Shown here: positions 55,270 to 63,690 of the stretch, in pieces
Layout of the letters: each line of letters begins with the position of its first letter
How positions within the stretch are numbered: position 1 is the first letter of the stretch
Source of the DNA: Verrucomicrobiota bacterium
GTDB taxonomy: Bacteria; Verrucomicrobiota; Kiritimatiellia; CAIQIC01
DNA: 64,000 bases
Direction of reading: 5' to 3'
Assembly (NCBI GenBank): GCA_004321905.1
Contig: SCQF01000012.1
Coordinates: 5,411 to 69,410, forward strand
Translations under genes and position numbers: made by a program
The notes under the pieces: generated by a model
Database searches by the model: none
What the model saw: the letters and a program-made list of their open reading frames with translations, nothing else
What the model was told of the DNA's origin: nothing

Positions 55270-56991
55270 ATGCTGAAAATAGCCGAAGGGGCAAATTTCA
55301 TGACAGTCAACGTCAATAATAGGGCATGCAAGATAAGGCGCCGCACATTTGCATACGTATTTCTCACCATCGGCGTCTTGGCACTTCTAAAGCCCTTACT
55401 TGCGCATCCGGCTGGCGTCCTTTCAGCATCCCGGCCAGATGCCCCACTTTGTGTCTTCATTTTAGAACAGGTTTTTCAGAACATCGTACACGGAAGGGAC
55501 TGGTACTATACTCAAACGTTTTTTCCGTTTAACCAGGCCATCGCGCTCAGCAGCAATCTATTCCTTTACCAGGTGATATACACCCCGCTGCGTCTCTTGG
55601 GCTTCAATCCGCAAATTTCATTCAACATGCTCTATGGCTTCGCCTTCCTTCTACTGGGCATCATGGTGTTCGAATGGGCCTATCGGCAACTTCATCACAT
55701 GGTTCCGGCCACCTGTGTGGCTTTGCTGAGTATCTTGCTGTGTGTGCCGGTCTACTATATTATGGCCCATTTCCAATTGCTGTCCGCCTACTATTACCTT
55801 CTTCTCCTAATGATCTGTGACGATTATGCGCTACACCCCAAGGGCCGGCATATTCTCGCCGGGCTGGTCGTGGTATTGCTTATGTTTGCCTGTGAACCAA
55901 ACGTGGCGGTAACCGGCGTCTTTATCACTCTAATCTATGTGTTGATACGATCGCGAACCTTTCTGACCGCAACCGTGAACATCCGGTGGAGTCGGCGCAA
56001 GTTTTTTGCCGTCGGACTCGGCAGTATTGTTGTGATCACAGCACTAGCTTGGATCGCTATGCCTTATCTTCATGCGGTGAAAATAATGGGAAACCGGCCA
56101 TTACAAGAGGCGGCCGTGTATAGCAGTTGGGTTGGATCCATCTTGTCTCCTCCAGGTAACTCCGTATTCCTGAAACCGGACACTCTTCCATGGGGCCGTC
56201 ACGAAGCATTGCACCTCAGCGGCTTTCTATACTTAGGCTTGGGCCTTGCCGGATGCATCTACGCGGGGCAGCAGCGAGAAAAGCGTTTAATCCCGCTATT
56301 TATCCTGCTGGGTATCGTCTATTGCGCATCATTTGGGCCTGTTTTTATTCATGGATTCCCCACGAACCCGTTCTATTTAATTCCCTACACGATTATGCCG
56401 GGATTCGCTGCTAACCGGACACCCGGTCGCTTGGTCATGTGTGTGTTACCATTGATGAGTTTGTTTGCCGTGTATTTTGTCTTCGCCTTGGGTGCGAGGG
56501 TCTTTAATGGCCTCTGGCGAAAAGTTGTGCCTGTCGGACTTGTTGCCTTAATGATGCTGGAGGGTATGCCTTGGCTTCCTGTGGTCGCTTATAATTACGA
56601 AGCGGCAACGGCACATTACACCGAGTTAAACAAGGTCACCCAAGAGGGCGACAGCATAATTCGTCTGCCATACGAACCGTGGCCCTCATCACCCAGCGGA
56701 ATTACAGAGGAAATGCTTGGCATCCTGCGCACTCATTGTCGAACGGTCAACGGTTATAGTAGCTTTGACCCACCCCTGCGCAGCAAATACCAGAACTGCA
56801 ACATATGGAATCAGCTCTGCACTGAAACGGCCGCGCCACTAGCCTGTGCGCAACTCGCCAGCGATAGGATAGCATGGATCGTCATTGACAAGCAGAACAC
56901 CAGTGCGGCCGAACGTGAAGCGATCTTGCGCTGTAGGTCACCCCGGCAGATTACTTCTGAGACAGCCCATTTCCTGTTGATTCGGCCCTAA
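55270..56991 (+). CDS. Polytopic membrane protein, putative GT-C-fold glycosyltransferase / polysaccharide polymerase-like (low GC)
   Basis: About 12 predicted TM helices, followed by a ~130-aa soluble C-terminal domain. GC is about 48%. No defined family motif was recognised. Confidence 0.4.
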   Translation: MLKIAEGANFMTVNVNNRACKIRRRTFAYVFLTIGVLALLKPLLAHPAGVLSASRPDAPLCVFILEQVFQNIVHGRDWYYTQTFFPFNQAIALSSNLFLYQVIYTPLRLLGFNPQISFNMLYGFAFLLLGIMVFEWAYRQLHHMVPATCVALLSILLCVPVYYIMAHFQLLSAYYYLLLLMICDDYALHPKGRHILAGLVVVLLMFACEPNVAVTGVFITLIYVLIRSRTFLTATVNIRWSRRKFFAVGLGSIVVITALAWIAMPYLHAVKIMGNRPLQEAAVYSSWVGSILSPPGNSVFLKPDTLPWGRHEALHLSGFLYLGLGLAGCIYAGQQREKRLIPLFILLGIVYCASFGPVFIHGFPTNPFYLIPYTIMPGFAANRTPGRLVMCVLPLMSLFAVYFVFALGARVFNGLWRKVVPVGLVALMMLEGMPWLPVVAYNYEAATAHYTELNKVTQEGDSIIRLPYEPWPSSPSGITEEMLGILRTHCRTVNGYSSFDPPLRSKYQNCNIWNQLCTETAAPLACAQLASDRIAWIVIDKQNTSAAEREAILRCRSPRQITSETAHFLLIRP

Positions 56992-57037
56992 TAATGACGA
57001 GGGGGACCCAATAAAACCACTGCCCGTCACGGTCTGC

Positions 57038-57964
57038 ATGGTAACGTATAATGCGGTAGCATTACTGCCTGATGTTCTGACCCGCCTCCTCGTTGTCACC
57101 AATTACCCTGCTGTGCGTTGGTTGGTGGTGGATAACGCCAGCACCGATGGCACGGCGGACATGGTCGCCCAACAGTTCCCGCAAATTCGCGTGGAACGCA
57201 TGGCTGCCAACCTCGGTTATCCCGCCGCCTTGAACCGCGCGATCGCGCTGGCGGAGACAGACTTGGTGGCGCAGGTCAATCCCGACGTGCTCGTGGAGTC
57301 TGATTGGTTGGCTCCGTTGGTAGAAGCGCTGTTGCGCGCGCCTAACATCGGCATGACTGGCGGACGCATTTTGAACTCCGACGGCACTACGCAATTCTGC
57401 GGCACGCGCTTGCATCCCTTATACGGCCTGCTTGGCAACCGCTTCCCGTTTGATCCCGGAAATCATGAGGCGGAGGTGGATTTCCATAGCCCACTTTTCC
57501 TGGTGCGGAAAACGGCGTGGCAGGTAGCCAACGGTATGAACGAGCTTTATTCGCCTGGTTATTATGAAGATGCCGAATTGGGCTGGAATCTTCGCCGAAC
57601 GGGCTGGCGAGTATTATTCGTGCCGGCCAGCCGGGCGGTGCACCTCGGTTCCGCCAGTTTTGGGCGCTTGGCGCGTCACGATTTTATGCGCATCTATGAA
57701 CGTAATCGCCTGCTTTTCGTTTTCCGCAATTTCCCGACAACCTGGCTGACACTACACGTGCTCCTGGAGGGTATAAAAGCTGTGGAATGTTTACTCCGTG
57801 GCTATTTCCGGGAATATCTTGCGGCATGGCGCGAAATATTTCACCGCCGTGCCGAAATCCGATTATTTCGCGCAACTTGGCAACACACCGATTCCATCCG
57901 CAACCGGCGTTGCCGCCAGAGCGCGGGCCAAGGTGAAAAAACACACGTGGCGCACAGGAACTGA
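57038..57964 (+). CDS. Glycosyltransferase family 2
   Basis: MVTYNAVALL, VVDNASTDGT, VNPDVLV and a C-terminal YYEDAELGWNL motif are present. Confidence 0.75.
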   Translation: MVTYNAVALLPDVLTRLLVVTNYPAVRWLVVDNASTDGTADMVAQQFPQIRVERMAANLGYPAALNRAIALAETDLVAQVNPDVLVESDWLAPLVEALLRAPNIGMTGGRILNSDGTTQFCGTRLHPLYGLLGNRFPFDPGNHEAEVDFHSPLFLVRKTAWQVANGMNELYSPGYYEDAELGWNLRRTGWRVLFVPASRAVHLGSASFGRLARHDFMRIYERNRLLFVFRNFPTTWLTLHVLLEGIKAVECLLRGYFREYLAAWREIFHRRAEIRLFRATWQHTDSIRNRRCRQSAGQGEKTHVAHRN

Positions 57965-57970
57965 CCGCTG

Positions 57971-58020
57971 TTCCAAAGCTTGGAAAAGCCCACGTGCGAG
58001 TTTTCCAAGCCTTGGAAAAA
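57971..58020. repeat. Paired palindromic units (ttccaaagcttggaaaa, 13 bp, ttttccaagccttggaaaa)
   Basis: Starts 6 bp after the GT2 stop and lies about 130 bp upstream of the PPIase start. Confidence 0.75.
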
Positions 58021-58148
58021 CCCGCACGCACATCGCGATTTGCCTTGCTTTGCCGCACGCGCCTGAGCATGATGCGCGCCTTTCCGCCATCCGACCGACG
58101 CGCATGGGGCCCGTAGGCGATGGAGCGGATAGCCAGAAAGGACCATAC

Positions 58149-59210
58149 ATGCACGCCTGTTCGATCCTGTCACTTTGCGCCATCGTCGCCGTAGTCACGT
58201 CGTGTAGCGCCGAAACGAAAAAAATTGAGACCCAAGCGCCGTCCGCGCCCGTCGCTTCGGCGGCATCCACGATGCCGGCACGGCCACCCACCGCCGCGCC
58301 CATGCTGAAAACCATCGCGCCGACGAGCGTCGTCGCGGTCGTCGAAGGTGTCGAGTTGCACCAGTCGGAGGTCAACACGCGGATGGAACGCGTGCTGGCG
58401 ATGAGCGGCGGACATATCCCGCCGGAGCGGATCGCCGAGTTTCGCGCGCAATTTGGCAAGCGTGTTTTGGATGAAATGGTGATGCAGACATTGCTGCTCA
58501 AAACCGCCGAGCAGGCCAAAATTGCAATCACCACGAACGATATTGCGGAAGCGCTGAAGGGGATGCCCCTCCCGCCGGGCCAAACACTGGAGAGCGCGCT
58601 CGCGGCACAGGGCATGAACCGGGCGGATTTCGACAAAGAGATGCGCGACGGCCTGAAGATTCAAAAGCTGCTGGAAAAAGAGATCGGCAACAAGGCGGTG
58701 GTCTCGGATCAACAGATCAAAGAATTCTATGAATCCAACAAGACGCATATGGCGACGCCGGAAACCGTTACCGCACGTCATTTGCTGGTGAAATTCCCCG
58801 ACAATGCCGACGACAAGGCGAAGGCGACCGCCAAAGCCAAGGCCGAAGGCTTGCGCAAGCAGTTGGTGGCAGGCGCTGATTTTGCGAAGTTGGTGAAGGA
58901 AAACTCCGACGATCCCGGCAGCAAGGAAACGGGTGGCGAATACACCTTCCCGCGTGGGCAGATGGTGCCGGCCTTCGAGTCCGCCGCGTTCAACCAGAAT
59001 CTCAAAGAAATCGGCCCGCTGGTCGAGACGCAATTTGGTTATCACATCATCCAAACACTGGCCAAAAAGCCGGGTAAGACCATGGCGCTGGACGAGGTGA
59101 AAGACGACATTCGCAAGCACCTCGAAAACAAAATCAAGGGCGAGGCCGTGCAGAAATATATTGAAGCACTCCGCGCTAAAGCGACCATCAAGTATCCAAG
59201 CCAGACGTAA
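58149..59210 (+). CDS. Peptidyl-prolyl cis-trans isomerase, parvulin type (SurA/PrsA-like lipoprotein chaperone)
   Basis: A lipobox is present (AVVTSC), and the rotamase domain is recognisable (HLLVKF...LVKENSDDPGSKETGGEYTFPRGQMVPAFESAAF...FGYHIIQ). Confidence 0.8.
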   Translation: MHACSILSLCAIVAVVTSCSAETKKIETQAPSAPVASAASTMPARPPTAAPMLKTIAPTSVVAVVEGVELHQSEVNTRMERVLAMSGGHIPPERIAEFRAQFGKRVLDEMVMQTLLLKTAEQAKIAITTNDIAEALKGMPLPPGQTLESALAAQGMNRADFDKEMRDGLKIQKLLEKEIGNKAVVSDQQIKEFYESNKTHMATPETVTARHLLVKFPDNADDKAKATAKAKAEGLRKQLVAGADFAKLVKENSDDPGSKETGGEYTFPRGQMVPAFESAAFNQNLKEIGPLVETQFGYHIIQTLAKKPGKTMALDEVKDDIRKHLENKIKGEAVQKYIEALRAKATIKYPSQT

Positions 59211-59236
59211 GCCCGGCTAATCCTGTTGGCCGTACG

Positions 59237-59285
59237 TAAAAACGCCAAGTTGCAGAACCTTCTGCGACTTGGCGTTTTGATTTTG
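59237..59285 (+). terminator. Rho-independent (bidirectional) terminator
   Basis: The sequence AAAAACGCCAAGTtgcagaaccttctgcgACTTGGCGTTTTGATTTTG has a 10-bp stem and a T-tract, and is flanked by an A-tract on the other side. It sits between the convergent PPIase and anti-sigma genes. Confidence 0.65.
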
Positions 59286-59299
59286 TGGGAACCGCGAAA

Positions 59300-59833
59300 T
59301 CAATACTCGAAGTTCACCGGCACGGTGGCGCCGGGGCCGTAGTCCATCCGTAGCGAACCGCTATTCGAGGCCGCCATTAACAACGGCAGGTTGTCGGTGG
59401 CCACGACCAGCGGCGCAGACGCAGACGCCGATTCCGTTCGGATTTGCGCCCAACTGGCAGGCGCACCGACCGGCGCGGCCAGCTCGGTGGCGGGACGCAA
59501 TCCATAGAAGCCGAGACCGATCAACAACACTGCGGCGGCGGCAAGGCGTAGCGGCTGAAAGGCTCGGCCAAAATGTTCGCTCCACAAGCGCCAACCTGCG
59601 CCCTCCGTAGCTGCTTGCTGCTCCAATTCGCGCCGGATATTCGCCGCGCAACGCTCAGAAAAACCGGACGGTGGCTGTTCATAGCGCTTGAGCGCCAACA
59701 GCGCACGGATATTATTCTGATGATCCACATCCGCGCGACACGCGGCACACGCACGCAAGTGATCCCGCATCGCTACGGCGCGGGGATCAGCATCCGGCAG
59801 ACCGATCAGCATCTTGGCATCTTCGCACTTCAT
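59300..59833 (-). CDS. Anti-sigma factor (zf-HC2 putative zinc-finger type)
   Basis: The N-terminal HxxxCxxC motif is present (HLRACAACRADVDH), with a central TM helix. It overlaps the upstream ECF sigma stop by 4 bp. Confidence 0.7.
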   Translation of the reverse strand: MKCEDAKMLIGLPDADPRAVAMRDHLRACAACRADVDHQNNIRALLALKRYEQPPSGFSERCAANIRRELEQQAATEGAGWRLWSEHFGRAFQPLRLAAAAVLLIGLGFYGLRPATELAAPVGAPASWAQIRTESASASAPLVVATDNLPLLMAASNSGSLRMDYGPGATVPVNFEY

Positions 59834-60429
59834 GGCGCAAACTCCGCGAGTTCCTTTTGCAACTGCTGGCGCGCGTAGAAAAGCCGGGAGCGCACGGTGC
59901 CCTCCGACGTTTTCGTGATGCGCGCAATTTCGTGATGCTGCAAGCCCTGTATATCATGCAGCACCACCGCCGCTCTGTGATTCTCCGACAGCTTCTGGAG
60001 CGCAACGTTCAATTTTTTTTGTAACTCACCAATCGTCACATCGCGGAACGGCGATTCGCGGGAACGCAACTCGACGAACGTCGGATCGCGCTCCACGCCT
60101 TGATCCATGTCGTCCAAGCGCAACGCGGCCTGATCGTGCCGCCGTTTTTCGCGGAAATTCAACGCGTGGTTTACCGCGATCCGATAAATCCACGTATAAA
60201 ACGAACTGTGCCCGTGGAACCGCCGCAGCGCCGCATGGGCTTTGAGAAACACGTCCTGCGCGAGATCCTGCGCATCCTCGCGATGCGAGGTCATGTGATA
60301 CAGCAGATTATAGATGCGCGGATGATGCCGTTGCACGAGCTCTTCGTACGCGGACAAGTCGCCGCGTTGCGCGCGCCGGATCAGGTCGCGTTCGTCGTCG
60401 GGCGTTTTTTGAGGTGCAACGGCTTCCAT
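59830..60429 (-). CDS. ECF-subfamily RNA polymerase sigma-70 factor
   Basis: Sigma70 region 2 (RIYNLLYHMTSHREDAQDLAQDVFLKAH) and region 4 (ELQKKL...AVVLHDIQGLQHHEIARITKTSEGTVRSRLFYARQQL) are present. Confidence 0.85.
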   Translation of the reverse strand: MEAVAPQKTPDDERDLIRRAQRGDLSAYEELVQRHHPRIYNLLYHMTSHREDAQDLAQDVFLKAHAALRRFHGHSSFYTWIYRIAVNHALNFREKRRHDQAALRLDDMDQGVERDPTFVELRSRESPFRDVTIGELQKKLNVALQKLSENHRAAVVLHDIQGLQHHEIARITKTSEGTVRSRLFYARQQLQKELAEFAP

Positions 60430-60480
60430 GATGGCGCGGCGCGAGGATAGGCGAACGGCGGGCGCTGTCAATAGTTCCGG

Positions 60481-60533
60481 TTTTCCAAGGTTTGGAAAAG
60501 TACGCGCGCTGTTTTTCCACGCCTTGGAAAAAA
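60481..60533. repeat. Paired palindromic units (ttttccaaggtttggaaaa, 13 bp, tttttccacgccttggaaaaaa)
   Basis: Located between the ECF sigma start and the peptidase stop (60541). Confidence 0.8.
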
Positions 60534-60540
60534 CGCCATT

Positions 60541-63351
60541 TTATGGCTGATCGAGGCCGCGCAGAATCCAGCCCGGCAGCGGATCGCTGACGGGATGCCA
60601 GAAGCGCGGCGCACCCTGGGCATCCAACTCCCACAGGCCGGCCATACCGCCATCACGCGCTTGGAGCAGAATGTAGTTCTTGGTCAGCGCGCGCAGAATC
60701 CAGCCCGGCGGCAGGGTGACGTTGAGCGGCGTCCACGTGGTAATATGGTTCGAGCCGTCGAGCGTCCAATAACCAATCGGTGAACTTTCGCCGAATTGCA
60801 CCAATATCTGGTTCCCGCAAAGCGCGCGCGCGATCAAGCCAGCGACGGGACCATTCAAGGTCGTCCACGTGACCGGATGATTATTGCCATCAAGGGTCCA
60901 GACACCCACCATGCCGCCATCGCCGGCTTGCAACAGAATGCGGTTGCCATCCAAATCGCGCGCAATCCAGCCCGGCATGGCACCGGAGACCAGCCACCAG
61001 CGCACCGGCACGCCGTTCGCCAAATCCCACAGACCGATCATGCCGCCATCGCCCTGCTGCAATAGAATGCGGTTTTGATTGCTGGCCCGAAGAATCCAGC
61101 CGGCGCCCAATGGCCCGGTGATGGACTGCCACGCGGCCGGCCGATAATCGGCCCCCAGTGTCCACATTCCCGCCATGCCGCCATTGCCGGCTTGCAATAA
61201 CACTTTGAGCGTCACGTTGGTCGTGAAGGCGAAGTTGGCGGTGTTCGTGACATCGTTGGCCGGTACGGTGATGCTACGTACGGCGGAAGTGTTGCCATCA
61301 TTCCAACCGGTGAACATCCAACCCAAGGCGGCATCGGCAGAGATTTGCGCCGGCGTGCCCGCCGCATAGGTGCCGCCGCCGCTCACGGTGCCCCCGTTCG
61401 CCGGATTTGCCAGCACGGTGATGGTAACACTTGGCGGCTGACTGAGCGGATAAGCCGTGAGATCGCTCTTCTGATAGTCGGCAGGCATACCCGCGCCGCG
61501 CGAGAGACCGGCCAAACCGCGGACGGTATCCAAGCTTAGATAGTTGAGCCGGATGACGCCATTGGTGAAAAGCTCGATCTGAAAACTGTTTGTGGTGATG
61601 GTGTTATATTCCGGCACATTTTGGAACGTGACGGCCGCGTGATCGGCCAACTGTTTCCAAGAAACGGTTCCGCCGGCCGCCGGGTTCAAATCTTCGAACA
61701 ACGCCGAGATGCGCGGCTTGCTGAAATGGTTGGTCAGTGATGTGCTATAAGTTCTGTCGCCGGCATTGAAGGTGATGTAGCCGTTCGCGCCCACGTAAAA
61801 GGTGGAGTAGCGGGTGCCGTAGAGCGCCACTTGCATCCCGTTCGTCAGGCTGATGGCCGCATAGCCGTCGTCCGTGAGCACCAGCCGCGTGCCACCAGTC
61901 GGATCGGTCGGAAACGTCGTGATGTCGAAATGTGATGCGGTGTAGCCGTTGGAGGAACTGTTCGGCGTGAAGATGATGGACTTCCCCTTCAAATCGTTAG
62001 GCGTGGTATCGAACAACTCGGTGAAATAGTCCACTTGACCGACGCGCAACGCCACGGGGCGGGTTTGATAGTCACGGTCGGTCAGATTGGTGATTGTGAG
62101 GGTGTCGGCATAATTCCCCACGGCCAGCGTATTGGCGGTGCTGTTGATGCTGACGGTCACCGTGACTTGCGCGCCGCCGTTCAGCGTACCGGAAGCCGGC
62201 GCGATGCTGATCCACGGCTGCGTATGGCTTGACGACCAATTCACGGCATGTGTGGCCGCGTTGCGCACGGTGTAGGCCTTGGCGCTGGGCGAGAACGCGC
62301 CCCCTTGCGGCCCGGTGACGCCGAGACCATCGCCCGGACTGACCTGCACGCCTGTGGCCGTACGATAATCCACAAAATTGGCGGCATAGCCCACGCGACT
62401 GCAACCATACTGAATGCGCATGTAGCCGCCCTCGCCCCACCCTGCGCTCCACGAGTTACGGAGAATCCACACACCATTCGAGCCTTGCGTATCGTCCCAG
62501 CCCACCAACACCACGGCATGATTGATGGTCTTGTCGTCGTTGTTGTTGAAGATGCCACCCACGTACGCCTGAAACGCACTGCTTGCATAAACGCCCACCG
62601 ACACCGGGCCATAGGTCATGATGGCACGCTTGATTTCGTCAGGCGTCGGCACATTGGAACCGGTGCCCAGATAGGCCCAGTTGTCCAGCCAGTAGCTATG
62701 CGGATAGGGCCCGTGCGGCGCGATATCTTGCGCCACATAGGGGAACGCCGTTTCCGGCACCGCGCCGTTGTCGCCATAGGGATCGTGCTTGGCCGAACCG
62801 CGCAAATGATAATCGTGAGCGAACCAGCCGCCGCCGCAACCCCAACCATCTTGATTGTCGCTGATCAGCCACTGCTCCGACAAATCGGCGATCACACCGT
62901 CTTTGATTTTGATGGCGCACTCCAGCGCGCCGACGGTGGAAAACGCCCAGCAGCTCCCGCACGCGGCCTGGTCGCGGATCGGCGGCAAGCCGGTTTGCGC
63001 GCGCCAGTCGAACGCGGTCGGCAAAGTACCGGCCGTCACACCACTGCTCCCCGCCGTGGCCGTCGTACCACCGCTGGTCAAGGTAGTGCTCGTGGCCAGC
63101 ACGCCGCTATTCCCCTCATGCAACGCAACGAACCGCGCTTTCTGTTGCCAACCACTCGGTTCCGCCAAGCTACACAGATGCGCGATATGGTGTTTGGAGG
63201 CGGGGTTATGCCCGACGGCAAAAGTCCAGCCCTCACGTCGGCCACGCTCGTGGAGCGCTTGAATATCCGCGTCCTGCAACTGCGCCACCGCCGGCAACAA
63301 CCCCAGCACGGACAACAAGCCCACGCCCAGACTCCAAACTTTGTACGGCAT
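60541..63351 (-). CDS. Secreted papain-family (C1A) cysteine peptidase with central beta-rich domains and five C-terminal ~45-aa repeats
   Basis: A signal peptide (MPYKVWSLGVGLLSVLGLLPAVAQL) is followed by catalytic motifs: the Gln/Cys motif QAACGSCWAFS, the His in NHAVVLVGW and the Asn/Trp in NSWSAGWGEGGYMRI. The C-terminal repeats follow the pattern ILLQ.GDGGM.G.W.L......W....GPL.GWI.R.L. Confidence 0.8.
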   Translation of the reverse strand: MPYKVWSLGVGLLSVLGLLPAVAQLQDADIQALHERGRREGWTFAVGHNPASKHHIAHLCSLAEPSGWQQKARFVALHEGNSGVLATSTTLTSGGTTATAGSSGVTAGTLPTAFDWRAQTGLPPIRDQAACGSCWAFSTVGALECAIKIKDGVIADLSEQWLISDNQDGWGCGGGWFAHDYHLRGSAKHDPYGDNGAVPETAFPYVAQDIAPHGPYPHSYWLDNWAYLGTGSNVPTPDEIKRAIMTYGPVSVGVYASSAFQAYVGGIFNNNDDKTINHAVVLVGWDDTQGSNGVWILRNSWSAGWGEGGYMRIQYGCSRVGYAANFVDYRTATGVQVSPGDGLGVTGPQGGAFSPSAKAYTVRNAATHAVNWSSSHTQPWISIAPASGTLNGGAQVTVTVSINSTANTLAVGNYADTLTITNLTDRDYQTRPVALRVGQVDYFTELFDTTPNDLKGKSIIFTPNSSSNGYTASHFDITTFPTDPTGGTRLVLTDDGYAAISLTNGMQVALYGTRYSTFYVGANGYITFNAGDRTYSTSLTNHFSKPRISALFEDLNPAAGGTVSWKQLADHAAVTFQNVPEYNTITTNSFQIELFTNGVIRLNYLSLDTVRGLAGLSRGAGMPADYQKSDLTAYPLSQPPSVTITVLANPANGGTVSGGGTYAAGTPAQISADAALGWMFTGWNDGNTSAVRSITVPANDVTNTANFAFTTNVTLKVLLQAGNGGMAGMWTLGADYRPAAWQSITGPLGAGWILRASNQNRILLQQGDGGMIGLWDLANGVPVRWWLVSGAMPGWIARDLDGNRILLQAGDGGMVGVWTLDGNNHPVTWTTLNGPVAGLIARALCGNQILVQFGESSPIGYWTLDGSNHITTWTPLNVTLPPGWILRALTKNYILLQARDGGMAGLWELDAQGAPRFWHPVSDPLPGWILRGLDQP

Positions 63352-63433
63352 ATTCACAAGCCGCCTCAACTGAGACAACGTAAGGCAAGAAATGGAAAGA
63401 GCAAGACCTGTGCCAGCGCGGGAAGATTCGACC

Positions 63434-63452
63434 TTTTCCAAGGCTTGGAAAA
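63434..63452. repeat. Single palindromic unit TTTTCCAAGGCTTGGAAAA
   Basis: About 80 bp upstream of the peptidase start and 8 bp downstream of the stop of the repeat-fragment ORF. Confidence 0.8.
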
Positions 63453-63459
63453 CGAGTGA

Positions 63460-63690
63460 TTATTGCTCGGCGATGCCGCGCAGAATCCAGCCGGGCATGG
63501 GCGTGCCAGTATAGGCTCCGTTCGAGTTTTTCCAGAAAGTCATTACCGGGCCGGCGGGCAGCAGGCTATCGAGCAAGCCCAGCCGGGGATTCAGGGTCGT
63601 TTTCAGGCCCCCGTTATACCAACCGCACCAACCCGGTTCAAAAAAGTTGTGCAGCGGTCTCGGTTTGGAAATGATGGCGCAAGCGGGTGA
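63460..63690 (-). pseudogene. Orphan fragment resembling one C-terminal repeat unit of the adjacent peptidase
   Basis: The minus-frame ends ...LPAGPVMTFWKNSNGAYTGTPMPGWILRGIAEQ*, which matches the peptidase C-terminus PLPGWILRGLDQP*. It is bounded by an upstream in-frame stop about 75 codons away, and a long uninterrupted frame from that stop to TAA 63460 (the shorter ATG-to-stop segment is under 60 aa). Confidence 0.3.

Noticed and set aside
2415-63452. Interpreting the 19-bp palindromes as intrinsic terminators or as a sigma-54 or other known promoter
   Set aside because: The A/T-tract polarity is the reverse of a terminator (T-run 5', A-run 3' on both strands), and most copies lack a GC clamp. 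There is no TGGCAC-N5-TTGCA match. Only the GC-clamped copy at 22465 looks like a real terminator.
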